A stretch of DNA of 64,000 nt from Alphaproteobacteria bacterium (lineage in GTDB: Bacteria; Pseudomonadota; Alphaproteobacteria; G965222575): NCBI GenBank assembly GCA_965222575.1, contig OZ244958.1:416001-480000 (forward strand). Reading direction: 5' to 3'. Under the pieces are notes generated by a model. The model made no database searches. It was not told the DNA's origin and was given only the letters and a program-made list of their open reading frames with translations. The translations under genes and the position numbers were made by a program. Below, piece by piece: positions 1 through 9,023 of this stretch (positions within the stretch are counted from its first letter, which is position 1; every line of letters begins with the position of its first letter).

Positions 1-267
1 AAAGAGTCTTGCCTATCTTGTCTTAGAACTTCATAAAAAAGTGTTAAAAATTACAAATTTCGGTACTCATTCTAACATTTTATTTCAATAATAATGTAAA
101 GATAATTCCGCTATAATAACATTGAGATTTAACAGAAGCAATTTTTAATATATTTATACTAGTTAGTTTTGATAGTGTGGGAATTTCAGGCTAAAATATT
201 TTTTTATGATTTCATTAAACAAGGGCATAGTGTTAATGGGGCGTGCATTTTTTAGCGATTTTCTACG

Positions 268-1452
268 ATGAGTCCTCTGATTGAAATAGCAGTTATTGGT
301 TGCATTGCGTTATTGTTAGGCGCCGGGTTTGCGGCACTGCGGCAAGCGCCCTTGTTAGGATATGTTTTAGCAGGCGTCATTTTGGGGCCATCGGTGTTAG
401 GTCTTGTAGGAGATCATGAGGAGATACATATCTTAGCGGATATAGGGGTTTTGTTATTATTATTTTTGATAGGCATAGACTTAAAACTGGAGTGTTTTCT
501 CAAGGTATGGAAGGTTGCCTTAGGGTTTACGGTCTTGCAGTTGGGGGGGTTGTGTTTAGTGGCTTTGATTGTGTGGCAGGTGACAACTATTCCGCTTGGG
601 ATTGCCTTATTTTGTAGCTTCGCGCTTTCTCTTAGTTCTACAGCAGTCGCCATCAAAATGTTGGACCAGTCCGGGGCGGAGAATAAGAAAGTAGGCTCTC
701 TTGTTATAGGAATTTTGATAGCACAGGATTTGAGTGTGATTCCCATGTTGGTGATTCTCCCCGCTTTAGCATCGGCAGGAGGAGGGGTTGAGATTATCAA
801 AGCCTTGACAGTAGCAGGCATAGGATTTTTGCTCTTAGGAGGCATTATCTACGCCATGAGTCGCAAGAAGAAAATACTACCTTCCTTGCTAGCTTTTACG
901 GTCAATTCTGAGATTACAGCCATCAGCGCCGTGGTGTTTTGTCTAGGGAGCGCCGTTGTCTGTGGTTTTTTAGGACTATCAGAGGAATACGGGGCATTTT
1001 TAGCGGGATTATTATTGGGAAATACGCAAGAAAACAAGAAAATCCGAAATGCGACGCACCCGCTACAAGCGCTTTTAATGATGGTGTTTTTTGTTCTTGT
1101 AGGGTTATTGGTAGACATTAAATTTATTGTCGAGAACCTTACGATTATTTCTCTTTTACTCCTTGTTGTCACTGTTGGGAAAACACTGATGAATGCTTTT
1201 TGGCTTAAGATTCTCAGCACGCCTAACCAACAGGCGTTTTTCACCGCAACGATTCTCGGGCAAATTGGAGAATTTTCCTTTATTCTCCTTACTCTAGCGA
1301 AAAAAATCCTGCTGGTGGATTCTTATATGTATGAGTTAAGCGTGTCGTTAATTACCTTGAGTTTGGTTATCAGTCCTATCTGGTTATTGTCTTCACGATT
1401 TTTACAGCAATGGGGGTTAGGCAGGGCGGAACGATTCCCACCTATTCGGTAA
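268..1452 (+). CDS. CPA2-family cation:proton antiporter (KefB/KefC-like membrane domain, no C-terminal KTN domain)
   Basis: 394 aa, highly hydrophobic; motifs LSLSSTAVAIKML, GILIAQD, GAFLAG, LGQIGEFSF. Confidence 0.85.
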   Translation: MSPLIEIAVIGCIALLLGAGFAALRQAPLLGYVLAGVILGPSVLGLVGDHEEIHILADIGVLLLLFLIGIDLKLECFLKVWKVALGFTVLQLGGLCLVALIVWQVTTIPLGIALFCSFALSLSSTAVAIKMLDQSGAENKKVGSLVIGILIAQDLSVIPMLVILPALASAGGGVEIIKALTVAGIGFLLLGGIIYAMSRKKKILPSLLAFTVNSEITAISAVVFCLGSAVVCGFLGLSEEYGAFLAGLLLGNTQENKKIRNATHPLQALLMMVFFVLVGLLVDIKFIVENLTIISLLLLVVTVGKTLMNAFWLKILSTPNQQAFFTATILGQIGEFSFILLTLAKKILLVDSYMYELSVSLITLSLVISPIWLLSSRFLQQWGLGRAERFPPIR

Positions 1453-1482
1453 GGAATAGGGAAAGGGTTGTGGTGGTATTGT

Positions 1483-2046
1483 ATGTTGAAGAATCCAAAG
1501 AATCTGATTGGTGTAGATGAAGTGGGACGCGGGGCTTTGGTTGGGCCTGTGATAGCGGTTGCCTGTTGCTTGAAGAGCAATGTCTCATTAACAGGCATTG
1601 CCGATAGTAAGACCTTGACAGAGGCTAGACGCAACAGAATGATGCGCAAGTTACAACTGCATAGCGTCTTCGGCGTTGGGGCTGTATGGGAGAAGGAAAT
1701 TGACCAACTCAACATTTTACAGGCCTCTTTGAAAGCGGCAAAGCAGGCGTTATTAGCCTTGCCCTCTTTCTGTTCTAAAACCTTCTTGATGGATGGGCTA
1801 CAGGTGCCGGAAATGCCTTCCGGTTTCAAAGGACGGGCGGAAAAAAAGGCGGATGCCACCTATGCCCCTTGTGCAGCAGCTTCTATTATCGCTAAGGTGA
1901 TTCGAGACAGACTGCTTAGGAAACTTCATCTGCTTTATCCCTTTTATGGATGGGACACAAATGTAGGCTATCCTACTCCTTTTCATAAAGAGGCTATCCA
2001 GCGTTATGGTCTCACTCCTTATCACCGCCTTTCTTTTCGGGTTTGA
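1483..2046 (+). CDS. rnhB: Ribonuclease HII
   Basis: GVDEVGRG, DSK, AAASIIAKVIRD, GYPT and HRLSF motifs; ATG at 1483 preferred over the upstream ORF start; adjacent to ccrM as usual in Alphaproteobacteria. Confidence 0.95.
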   Translation: MLKNPKNLIGVDEVGRGALVGPVIAVACCLKSNVSLTGIADSKTLTEARRNRMMRKLQLHSVFGVGAVWEKEIDQLNILQASLKAAKQALLALPSFCSKTFLMDGLQVPEMPSGFKGRAEKKADATYAPCAAASIIAKVIRDRLLRKLHLLYPFYGWDTNVGYPTPFHKEAIQRYGLTPYHRLSFRV

Positions 2047-2097
2047 CTTTACACAGCCTTATCCTTACTCTGATAGGACTGAAACTTAAGGATAAAG

Positions 2098-3243
2098 ATG
2101 CCTGCCTCTTTAGTCTCTCAACAACAAGACCTTCGCCTTCAAGGGGGGCGTTTGCTCATTGGGGATTGCCTAGAGGTCATGTCATGGCTTAAAAGCGATT
2201 CCATAGACATGGTTTTTGCGGACCCTCCTTATAATTTACAGCTTTCCTCTTCTATTTTGCGGCGTCCTGATACATCTGTTGTGTCCGGGGTTCGCTCTCC
2301 TTGGGATCGCTTTCAAAGCTTTCATCATTACGACCGCTTTACAAAGAAGTGGCTTCTACAAGTACAACGTCTACTCAAGCCTAATGGCAGCCTTTGGGTC
2401 ATTGGCACCTATCACAACATTTTTCGAATCGGCAAGATACTACAGGATGTAGGGTTTTGGATTTACAACGATATTTTATGGATTAAAGATAATCCCATGC
2501 CGAATTTTCAAGGGTCGCGTTTTACCAACGCCCATGAGACACTGATTTGGTGCGGAAAAACCCATAGGCGTCCAACTTTTAACTACAACGCCATGAAGGT
2601 TTTTAACGATGGCAAACAAATGCGTTCGGATTGGTACTTGCCTCTGTGTCAAGGCGCTGAACGACTCAAGCGAGATAAAAAGGCGCTACACCCAACGCAA
2701 AAGCCCCTAAGTTTGCTCTACCGCATTGTTTTAGCCTCTACAAACGGCGGTGATTGCATTTTAGACCCTTTTTTCGGCACAGGCACAACAGGGGTTGCGG
2801 CGAAAACTTTGGGACGTACCTTTCTTGGTATTGAAGAAAATCGCCCCTACGCCATGATTGCAAAGAAACGGATTGAAGCAACCTCAGCCACTCCTAAGAG
2901 CTTCACCCTCCCCTTTAGAGAGCCGAAAAAACTGCGCCGCATTCCTTTTGGCTCTTTAGTGTCTTGTGGTATGGTAACGCCGGGGACGCCTCTATGGGAC
3001 CGCTCAAAACGCCACAGCGCCCTCGTCACCGCCGATGGCTCCCTCGTCTTAACAGCAACAGGACAAAGAGGCTCTTTACATCAACTCGCTGCCCTAGTCA
3101 CCGGCAAGACCTCTTGTAATGGCTGGGGCTGGTGGTATATAGAACAAGAAGGCAAGCTTGTTTCCATCGATGACTTGCGGAACACACTACGCCAACAGGA
3201 TACCGAAACTTCCTCCGCGCACTTGCTCAAAGACTATGGATGA
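2098..3243 (+). CDS. ccrM: Cell-cycle-regulated adenine DNA methyltransferase CcrM (GANTC)
   Basis: FADPPYNLQL, NPMPNF.G.RFTNAHETLIW, HPTQKP, DPFFGTGTTG and the C-terminal GSLH..SCNGW domain; rnhB-ccrM synteny. Confidence 0.92.
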   Translation: MPASLVSQQQDLRLQGGRLLIGDCLEVMSWLKSDSIDMVFADPPYNLQLSSSILRRPDTSVVSGVRSPWDRFQSFHHYDRFTKKWLLQVQRLLKPNGSLWVIGTYHNIFRIGKILQDVGFWIYNDILWIKDNPMPNFQGSRFTNAHETLIWCGKTHRRPTFNYNAMKVFNDGKQMRSDWYLPLCQGAERLKRDKKALHPTQKPLSLLYRIVLASTNGGDCILDPFFGTGTTGVAAKTLGRTFLGIEENRPYAMIAKKRIEATSATPKSFTLPFREPKKLRRIPFGSLVSCGMVTPGTPLWDRSKRHSALVTADGSLVLTATGQRGSLHQLAALVTGKTSCNGWGWWYIEQEGKLVSIDDLRNTLRQQDTETSSAHLLKDYG

Positions 3244-5929
3244 CATAAGACAAGCTTTCATAGAGCACTTCAAAAAACACAATCACCGGCTTATAGAAAC
3301 AAGTTCTCTTATACCGGAAGACGACCAAACGCTTTTTTTCACAGCAGCCGGTATGGTGCCCTTCAAAGAGTATTTTCTCACGCCCCCACGCGCCCCTTTT
3401 AAGCGCGTGGTAACCGCTCAAAAATGCTTGCGCGCAGGCGGTAAACACAATGACCTAGAACAAGTAGGCTATACAACGCGACATCATACCTTCTTTGAAA
3501 TGCTTGGCAATTTTTCCTTTGGCGACTACTTCAAAGAAGAGGCTATTCACATGGCTTGGGCGTTCCTTCACAAAATTCTTGGTCTGAAGCAAGAGCAATT
3601 ATTGATAACAGTTTATCATACAGATGAAACAGCTAGACACTTGTGGAAATCTCTCGCGGGATTTTCTGATGGGCGTATTCTCTCTATTAAAACAGAGGAC
3701 AATTTTTGGTCTATGGGGGATGTGGGGCCTTGTGGGCCTTGTTCTGAAATTTTCTATGACCACGGAGCATCCCGACAAGGCACTCCCCCGGGGGCGCCAA
3801 AAGAACAAGGAGACAGATTCGTTGAAATATGGAACCTCGTCTTTATGGAATACAATCGGCAAACAGACGGCACACTCACGCCTTTGCCTTCTCCCTGTAT
3901 TGACACCGGCATGGGCTTAGAACGCGCCACAGCCATCATAGAAGGAAAAACAGACAACTATGAAACCTCTTTATTTCAGCCTTTGCTAGAAAAATGCTGG
4001 GAGAAAACCCGCACGAATACCCTCTCTGCCTCCCACAAGGTCATTGTAGACCATGTACGGGCTTGTAGCTTTTTAATCAGTGATGGTCTTCACCCCTCTA
4101 ATGAAGGGAGAGGCTATGTCCTGCGCCGACTCATCAGACGCGGCATGCGACACGCTTATTTATTAGGCTATGAAAAACCCTTGCTCTACAGCCTCGTACA
4201 AACCCTAGCCCAACACCTCAAAACCCCTTACCCAGAACTCAACAGGCAACAAGCCTTCATTGAAGCCGTTATCAAACAAGAAGAAGAACAATTCTTGAAG
4301 AATCTCTCACAAGGCATGAAACTCCTCTCCCCCTTTCTTTCGACCTCCCAAAAGATACTCAAAGGAGATAAGGTCTTCCTCTTGTACGATACCTATGGAT
4401 TCCCTGTGGATTTAACAGCGGACATTCTCCGTAGCCACAATAAAACGCTGGACTATAAAGGCTTTGAGAACGCCATGGCTGCAAGACGACGAGAATCCCA
4501 ACAAGCAGCTTGGGCGTCTACTACAGAAGGAAGTCGAGTTGGGAAAAAATGGCCCCTAGCAGACTCCTTAAAGGAACAAGCCTTTCCCCCAACGCAATTC
4601 GTAGGGTACGGAAAGTCAGGATTAGGGGGGAAACTGCCGCCTTGCCGTGGGAAAATTCTAGGGATTCAACCATTAGATAAAGAATACCACCAGATTGTAC
4701 TGGATAAAACTCCCTGTTACGCTGAAGGCGGCGGACAAATAGGGGACAGAGGAGACATGTGGGTGGAACTCAATGAGAAAAGGACAATCCTTTTTCATAT
4801 CACAGACACACAAAAAACAAAAGAAGGGGTTTTTGTGCATACTGTGCGCAGAGACGATGTAAAAGTTTCACGTGACACACTTTCCACATGCATTGGAAAA
4901 ACCGCGAAGATTATCGTGAAGGAAGGCTTACGCAAAGCCATCTCTAAGCACCATAGTGCAACGCATTTATTGCATCAGTCCTTACGCAAGGTCTTAGGGG
5001 AACAGGTACAACAAAAAGGGTCTTATATCGATGCCGAAAAGCTGCGTTTTGATATCCAGCACCAAGGGCCTATTCCCCAAGAGGCGTTGTCTGAAGCACT
5101 AGGGGAGGTTAACAGGCAGATTTTAAGGGATACCCCTGTCATGGTGAAAGAAATGCCAAAAGAGGAGGCTTTAGAAACAGGGGCCTTAGCGTTATTCGGG
5201 GAGAAATACGGAGGGAAGGTGCGGGTCATTGCCATGGGGGAGGAAGAGAAGACGCTTTATACGGGGTGGAAGGGGAAGACGCCATTTTCTGTAGAGTTAT
5301 GCGGTGGTACGCATGTGGAGACAACAGGAGATATTGGCGGGGTAGCACTCACGAAGGAATATGGCATAGGCACTGGGATTAGACGTATAGAAGCCTGTGC
5401 GGGGGCTATTGCTATTGAGCATTTAACAGACAAAGAAAAAGCGCTTCAGGATGTTTTTGAGGAGACACAGGAGGCTTTAGCGGGTGAAAGGAAAAAGAAT
5501 CGGCGTCTTCGGCTACAGATTGCTGCGCAAGCTCTTAGGCAACAGAAGGGGAATCTAGTGCGTTCTGTTATGTTCAAGGGGTTAGTGTTGGAGGAGATTT
5601 CTTCTAAGGAGGGTCATACGCTTGTGAAAGAGGCGGTGAAGAATCTGAAAAAAGAGCGGGTTGTCATTGCGTTGGTTGTGAAGGAGGAGAAGGAGAAAGC
5701 TGTGGTGATTGTGGGGGTGAGTGGGGGGGGAGGAGGAGAGGGGGGGGGGGCGTCATACCACAAAGCCCCTGAGATTGTAGCAGTAGGGGTAAAAGCGCTA
5801 GGGGGTACAGGCGGTGGAGGGAGTGATACCTTAGCGCAAGGAGGGGGGCGGAAAGCGGAGCAAGCGGAGCAAGCGCTCAAAGACATGCGGATTTTTTGTC
5901 AAGGTCTTTCGCCTTCCTTGAGAAAATAG
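3236..5929 (+). CDS. alaS: Alanine--tRNA ligase
   Basis: AGMVPFK, RAGGKHNDL, HHTFFEMLGNFSFGDYFK, HSATHLLH, ELCGGTH, GGGG..LAQGGG; ATG at 3236 overlaps the ccrM stop. Confidence 0.97.
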   Translation: MDDIRQAFIEHFKKHNHRLIETSSLIPEDDQTLFFTAAGMVPFKEYFLTPPRAPFKRVVTAQKCLRAGGKHNDLEQVGYTTRHHTFFEMLGNFSFGDYFKEEAIHMAWAFLHKILGLKQEQLLITVYHTDETARHLWKSLAGFSDGRILSIKTEDNFWSMGDVGPCGPCSEIFYDHGASRQGTPPGAPKEQGDRFVEIWNLVFMEYNRQTDGTLTPLPSPCIDTGMGLERATAIIEGKTDNYETSLFQPLLEKCWEKTRTNTLSASHKVIVDHVRACSFLISDGLHPSNEGRGYVLRRLIRRGMRHAYLLGYEKPLLYSLVQTLAQHLKTPYPELNRQQAFIEAVIKQEEEQFLKNLSQGMKLLSPFLSTSQKILKGDKVFLLYDTYGFPVDLTADILRSHNKTLDYKGFENAMAARRRESQQAAWASTTEGSRVGKKWPLADSLKEQAFPPTQFVGYGKSGLGGKLPPCRGKILGIQPLDKEYHQIVLDKTPCYAEGGGQIGDRGDMWVELNEKRTILFHITDTQKTKEGVFVHTVRRDDVKVSRDTLSTCIGKTAKIIVKEGLRKAISKHHSATHLLHQSLRKVLGEQVQQKGSYIDAEKLRFDIQHQGPIPQEALSEALGEVNRQILRDTPVMVKEMPKEEALETGALALFGEKYGGKVRVIAMGEEEKTLYTGWKGKTPFSVELCGGTHVETTGDIGGVALTKEYGIGTGIRRIEACAGAIAIEHLTDKEKALQDVFEETQEALAGERKKNRRLRLQIAAQALRQQKGNLVRSVMFKGLVLEEISSKEGHTLVKEAVKNLKKERVVIALVVKEEKEKAVVIVGVSGGGGGEGGGASYHKAPEIVAVGVKALGGTGGGGSDTLAQGGGRKAEQAEQALKDMRIFCQGLSPSLRK
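4864..4879. promoter_or_regulatory. parS-like palindrome inside alaS
   Basis: AGTTTCACGTGACACA, 2 mismatches to the consensus TGTTTCACGTGAAACA. Confidence 0.4.
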
Positions 5930-5930
5930 C

Positions 5931-6263
5931 TTATGGGCGGGTGTGCTTTACGGGTGGTGGTGCTTCTTCTTCACCCTGTTGTTCAAGGGATAAAAGATGC
6001 GTGTACAGGAGATTATTTTTCTGAAGTGCTAGTAAATCGTCACATCCTCCAATATGAGAAGAGCCGAAAAAAATTTGTGGAACTGTGCGGACATTGAAGC
6101 GCTTTTTCATTGTCTCAAACTCCTCTAGGGCTTGTGTCACCTCAATGGTCTTAAAGGGGTAGCCGGTCTTCTTTAAGAGCGCCATGGCGCGTTGACAAAA
6201 GGGACAATACCACTTGATATAGAGCGTAATTTTTATCTTTTTTTTCTCATCCATCTTGTTCAT
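5931..6263 (-). CDS. grxC: Glutaredoxin 3
   Basis: CPFC active site, TVPQIF, IGGCDDL; follows comF as in many Alphaproteobacteria; start uncertain. Confidence 0.9.
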   Translation of the reverse strand: MNKMDEKKKIKITLYIKWYCPFCQRAMALLKKTGYPFKTIEVTQALEEFETMKKRFNVRTVPQIFFGSSHIGGCDDLLALQKNNLLYTHLLSLEQQGEEEAPPPVKHTRP

Positions 6264-6310
6264 ATCGTCAATGGTAGCATAGAGGGATAATACTAACAAG
6301 GCGGTCTTTT

Positions 6311-7150
6311 TTAGAAGTGGTTAGAGGTGCGTCCCATAGTTCTAGCCAAGGACAAAATGTGTACAGCACGCGCTCCACCTTTCAGACAGACCTTCACGAC
6401 TTCGTTGACTGTAGCGGAAGAAGCCACGATATCATCTACAACAAGGACAATGCGATTTTCTATTGTCTTGCGGTGACGCCATGAAAGAGCAAAAGCTTTC
6501 CGTACATTACGGGCTCGCCTCTCCACATTCTTCCCTTTTTGACTACCTGTATACCGTGTTCTCACAATACAATCAGGGAGATATTGGCTTGAAGGGAACA
6601 AGGCGTTGACATAAGGGAAGAGTCCCTTACACAGAAAGGCTGCTTGATTATAGTGGCGAAAAAACTGCCGCAACCAGTGTAAGGGCACAGGGACTACCAG
6701 CAGTGGTTCTTTTTTCTCTATCACACAAGCCAACTCCTCTAGCAAGCCTGATAATAAGCGGCAAAATATTTTCGTGAGAAACAGCTTATCACCATACTTA
6801 AAGCTGATAATCAAAGGAGAGGAGTTTGAATCATACACCAGCAAGGACTGCATAGAGGCATATAAAGGGGGATGACGCAAGCATTTTAGGCACTTTGCAG
6901 CTTCTCCTAAGTCGTAAGGGAAGGGATAGCCGCATTGTGCACACTTAGGAGACGATATAAAGGTCAATTTTCCCCAGCACCTTGCGCATAGCTGGTGGTG
7001 ATCCAAAGTCGAACCATAACAGCAAACACACACAGGAGGAAACACTAGGTCTAATCCCACCTCTAAAAGAGGCTTGAGCCGTTCAAAAACCAAATCCCTG
7101 CCTTTTTTTTGATACCGCAGTTGTAGAGACACCCTAGCACATACAAACAA
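6311..7150 (-). CDS. comF: ComF family protein (double zinc ribbon plus PRTase-like domain)
   Basis: CxxC pairs, VPVPLH..R...R.YNQA, LVVDDI; true start probably downstream of the ORF start. Confidence 0.9.
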   Translation of the reverse strand: MFVCARVSLQLRYQKKGRDLVFERLKPLLEVGLDLVFPPVCVCCYGSTLDHHQLCARCWGKLTFISSPKCAQCGYPFPYDLGEAAKCLKCLRHPPLYASMQSLLVYDSNSSPLIISFKYGDKLFLTKIFCRLLSGLLEELACVIEKKEPLLVVPVPLHWLRQFFRHYNQAAFLCKGLFPYVNALFPSSQYLPDCIVRTRYTGSQKGKNVERRARNVRKAFALSWRHRKTIENRIVLVVDDIVASSATVNEVVKVCLKGGARAVHILSLARTMGRTSNHF

Positions 7151-7210
7151 AAATTGATAGCAACCTTATCCCTGTGCTAAGGTATACAAAATCCCCTCTT
7201 CAAAGATGGC

Positions 7211-7954
7211 ATGTCAGACCTGCACACCCTCATCACACAAGGCCTCATGGAAAGGCTTGGGGATATCAAAAGAGACTTTCCTACTGTTCTGGAAATAGGA
7301 CAAGGGGCACTTGCCCCTCTTCTGGTGAAACGTACCCGTACCGTCATTCAACTCAGTGATGTGCTCACAACCTCTTCTACCACGCCCTTCCAAGGCGTAA
7401 AAGGAAAGGAAAATGCTCCTCCTTTTCAACCCAACACCTTTGATGCCATCCTAAGTGCAGGAACAATGCAACGGGACAATACGCCCTCCCTCTTAAAAAC
7501 CCTGCTATCACTTTTGAAGCCTGATGGTCTCCTGTTGTATAGCCTCATTGGAAAAGAAAGCCTCAAAGAATATGCCGAACTTCTCATAGAAGCCCAAACA
7601 CACTCTCTAGGAGGCGCCCACGCCCCCCAACAAACCCGCCTTCTAACCCTCAAAGACGCAACAGATATGCTCACCAAAGCAGGATTCGCTCTCACCGTAG
7701 GAGACCGCCAGACCTATACACTCTCCTATACCACCTTCAAAAACTTCCTAAAAGACTACCCTACCCTCACGCCACTTCCCCTACAACCTCTCACAAAAGA
7801 TATTCACCACTACATAGAAAAAGACATCACCGCCCACACGCCGTGGACAGTGACTTGGGAACTCCTCTTCTTAACCGGTTGGAAACCAGACCCTTGCCAG
7901 CCCAAACCTCTCAAGCCTAATGAGGGGGTGATTCCCTTGTCACAAGTCCTATAA
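7211..7954 (+). CDS. SAM-dependent methyltransferase (BioC/NDUFAF5-like), divergent from comF
   Basis: ERLGDIKRDF, LEIG, LKPDGL, GW.PDPCQPKPLKP; conserved divergent pairing with comF. Confidence 0.75.
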   Translation: MSDLHTLITQGLMERLGDIKRDFPTVLEIGQGALAPLLVKRTRTVIQLSDVLTTSSTTPFQGVKGKENAPPFQPNTFDAILSAGTMQRDNTPSLLKTLLSLLKPDGLLLYSLIGKESLKEYAELLIEAQTHSLGGAHAPQQTRLLTLKDATDMLTKAGFALTVGDRQTYTLSYTTFKNFLKDYPTLTPLPLQPLTKDIHHYIEKDITAHTPWTVTWELLFLTGWKPDPCQPKPLKPNEGVIPLSQVL

Positions 7955-8473
7955 AGCCCCCTCATGCTGTAACAACGCTGTCTTAAGACCAAGGGCTTTC
8001 AGAGAACTGCCCCCTCTATAGCCCCGCAACTGCCCATCCTTTCCCACCACTCTATGACACGGCAACACCACACACAAAGGATTGCGCCCAACAGCCCCAC
8101 CCACACTGCGCGCAGACCCCTCCCCCAAACTTTTCGCTAAGTCCTGATAACTCACCGTCTCCCCAAAAGGTATCCCCTTCAACGCCTCCCACACAGCACA
8201 CTGAAATTTTGTCCCCTTCAACACAAGAGGAATATGGCTAAAGGCACACTTCTCCCCCCGAAAATAGGACTCTATAGCCCGCACTGCCTCCTCAATATTA
8301 AAAGAAGACCCAACACACTCACTCTTTGCGTTCCCGCGTTCCGAAGACTGCTCCTCCCCCTCAGAAGGCCCTAATGTCTCCTCCTCACGACCAAAAAACG
8401 CAGCGCATAACCCCTCTTTTGTCCCCCTAAAGGTCATCCAACCAAGAACACTATGAACATATTTTGTCTCCAT
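7949..8473 (-). CDS. ogt: Methylated-DNA--protein-cysteine S-methyltransferase
   Basis: GTKFQ.AVW.AL..IPFGETVSY and the PCHRV active site. Confidence 0.93.
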   Translation of the reverse strand: METKYVHSVLGWMTFRGTKEGLCAAFFGREEETLGPSEGEEQSSERGNAKSECVGSSFNIEEAVRAIESYFRGEKCAFSHIPLVLKGTKFQCAVWEALKGIPFGETVSYQDLAKSLGEGSARSVGGAVGRNPLCVVLPCHRVVGKDGQLRGYRGGSSLKALGLKTALLQHEGAL

Positions 8474-8526
8474 TCCAGCTTCTTTTTTATCCCTTCAAAA
8501 AATTCCACACTGCACACCCTATTCAG

Positions 8527-8599
8527 TGAGCGCGGCAGGATTCGAACCTGCGACCCAGTGATTAAAAGTCACTTGCTCTACCGACTGAGCTACGCGCCC
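8527..8599 (-). tRNA. tRNA-Lys(TTT), CCA not encoded
   Basis: GGGCGCGTAGCTCAGTCGGTAGAGCAAGTGACTTTTAATCACTGGGTCGCAGGTTCGAATCCTGCCGCGCTCA folds as a cloverleaf. Confidence 0.95.
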
Positions 8600-8617
8600 C
8601 TAACCCCCTATGATTTC

Positions 8618-8689
<72 letters not shown>

Positions 8690-8702
8690 ACAACATCTCT
8701 CT

Positions 8703-8731
8703 ATTATACCCTATCCTGCCACAAGATACAA
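8703..8731 (-). promoter_or_regulatory. Sigma70-type promoter for tRNA-fMet/tRNA-Lys
   Basis: Minus strand TTGTAT-17 bp-TATAAT, ending 13 bp upstream of tRNA-fMet. Confidence 0.7.
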
Positions 8732-9023
8732 AAATATCTCCTACAATTAAAGTCCCACAGAAACCCCACGAGAACCCCAACTTGCGCACAACAAAAAGGC
8801 AAGAGGCCTACTTGCGTTTTCTACCAGAAAAAGGGACGAATCCTAATGACACGGAGAGGGGGTTGGACAATGCTAGAGACTACTGTTAGCAGTCAATGAC
8901 GGGGGTGCCTTGTACCTACCACTAGCTACATCGCCTTCAATAGCCATTCTATCCTCCTGCCAACACAACCACCAATGACCAAAAAATTATAAAGAAGAAC
9001 CCGCAACCACTTGTACAAACTCT

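Noticed and set aside
1-267. Replication origin in the AT-rich left edge
   Set aside because: It is AT-rich, but I could not see convincing DnaA boxes or CtrA sites, and the context is truncated.
2098-3243. Restriction-modification system
   Set aside because: No endonuclease gene is nearby; the sequence and rnhB synteny identify the orphan regulator CcrM.
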